NCBI RefSeq assembly: GCF_004010195.1 | Contig: NC_057717.1 | Span: forward strand, 73,560,087-73,624,086 | Direction of reading: 5' to 3' | Length of the DNA: 64,000 nucleotides | From: Chiloscyllium plagiosum | Taxonomy: Eukaryota | Part shown: positions 63,491 to 64,000 of the stretch, piece by piece | Numbering within the stretch: position 1 is the stretch's first letter | How the letters are laid out: each line of letters begins with the position of its first letter | Program-made: the position numbers and the translations under genes | The notes under the pieces: model-generated | Database searches by the model: none | The model's input: only the letters and a program-made list of their open reading frames with translations | What the model was told of the DNA's origin: nothing

Positions 63491-64000
63491 GTAAGTGTAT
63501 GAACATTTTTTTCTTTACACCTCTCTCTCAATGGATTCTTTCCTTTTGCTTGTTTTCTGCAACACTTATGTGAAATGATCTTGGCCAGAAAAATATACTG
63601 AGCATTTAAGAGTGATCAATGCAACTTGGAACAGTTTCCCATTTCTGGAACAACGAATACAACTAAAAATTGTAAATTTGGATATTTAATATCAGTAAAT
63701 ATATGTGTGTATATGTATATATACGCACATATATTCAAAATGCATCTTTAATGCAATGATGACGGGTAGGTATGCTCATACTGTGAAAGGAAAAATGCAG
63801 GTTTGACGATTGCTCTTGGACATAAGCAAGACAAAACCAAGATTTAGTTCATGTGATTAATTAGTTTAAACATGTCTTTCGGGGAATAGCGTGAATTTAT
63901 AAGAATGTGGCAAAATTTTGAGAACTTCATACCTCATATTGTGTTCAACAGGATAATGTTTGTAAGGTTATGTTGTTCTGAAAAAGAACTGTTCTTTTCA

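Larger units (their letters stand above)
39420..64000 (+). repeat. Segmental duplication, copy 2 (contains gene B; runs off the window)
   Basis: See copy 1; the copies differ by copy-specific insertions. Confidence 0.85.

Overview
Eukaryotic, repeat-dense genomic DNA with three N-gaps. The repeat families (CR1 LINEs, HE1-type tRNA SINEs with (CTAAT)n tails, GIY-YIG Penelope-like elements) point to a shark, possibly a bamboo shark or relative; this taxon call is inference. Most ORFs in the track are retroelement debris. The main content is two tandem, same-strand paralogs about 44 kb apart of a spliced immunoglobulin-superfamily receptor. Gene A (16792-20259) is complete: 6 exons, 903 nt, 300 aa. 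Gene B (60759 to beyond the window end) has 5 exons visible. Each encodes a leader, a V domain with the J motif (FGxGSxL) already joined in the germline, a C1-set domain, a Cys-containing stalk, an uncharged TM and a short tail; in gene A the tail ends in an ITIM/ITSM-like TLYAEL. This is the layout of an Ig/TCR chain that does not rearrange and carries its own inhibitory-type signal (PRARP/VJC1/NARL-like class). Between the two genes, on the minus strand, is a decayed V-set+TM pseudo-exon resembling NKp30 (29838-30375). Both receptor genes lie in a large segmental duplication; the second copy carries a degenerate ~11 kb class I-like endogenous retrovirus. Also present: two Ty3/Gypsy remnants and Penelope-derived hammerhead ribozyme motifs, one as a palindromic pair.
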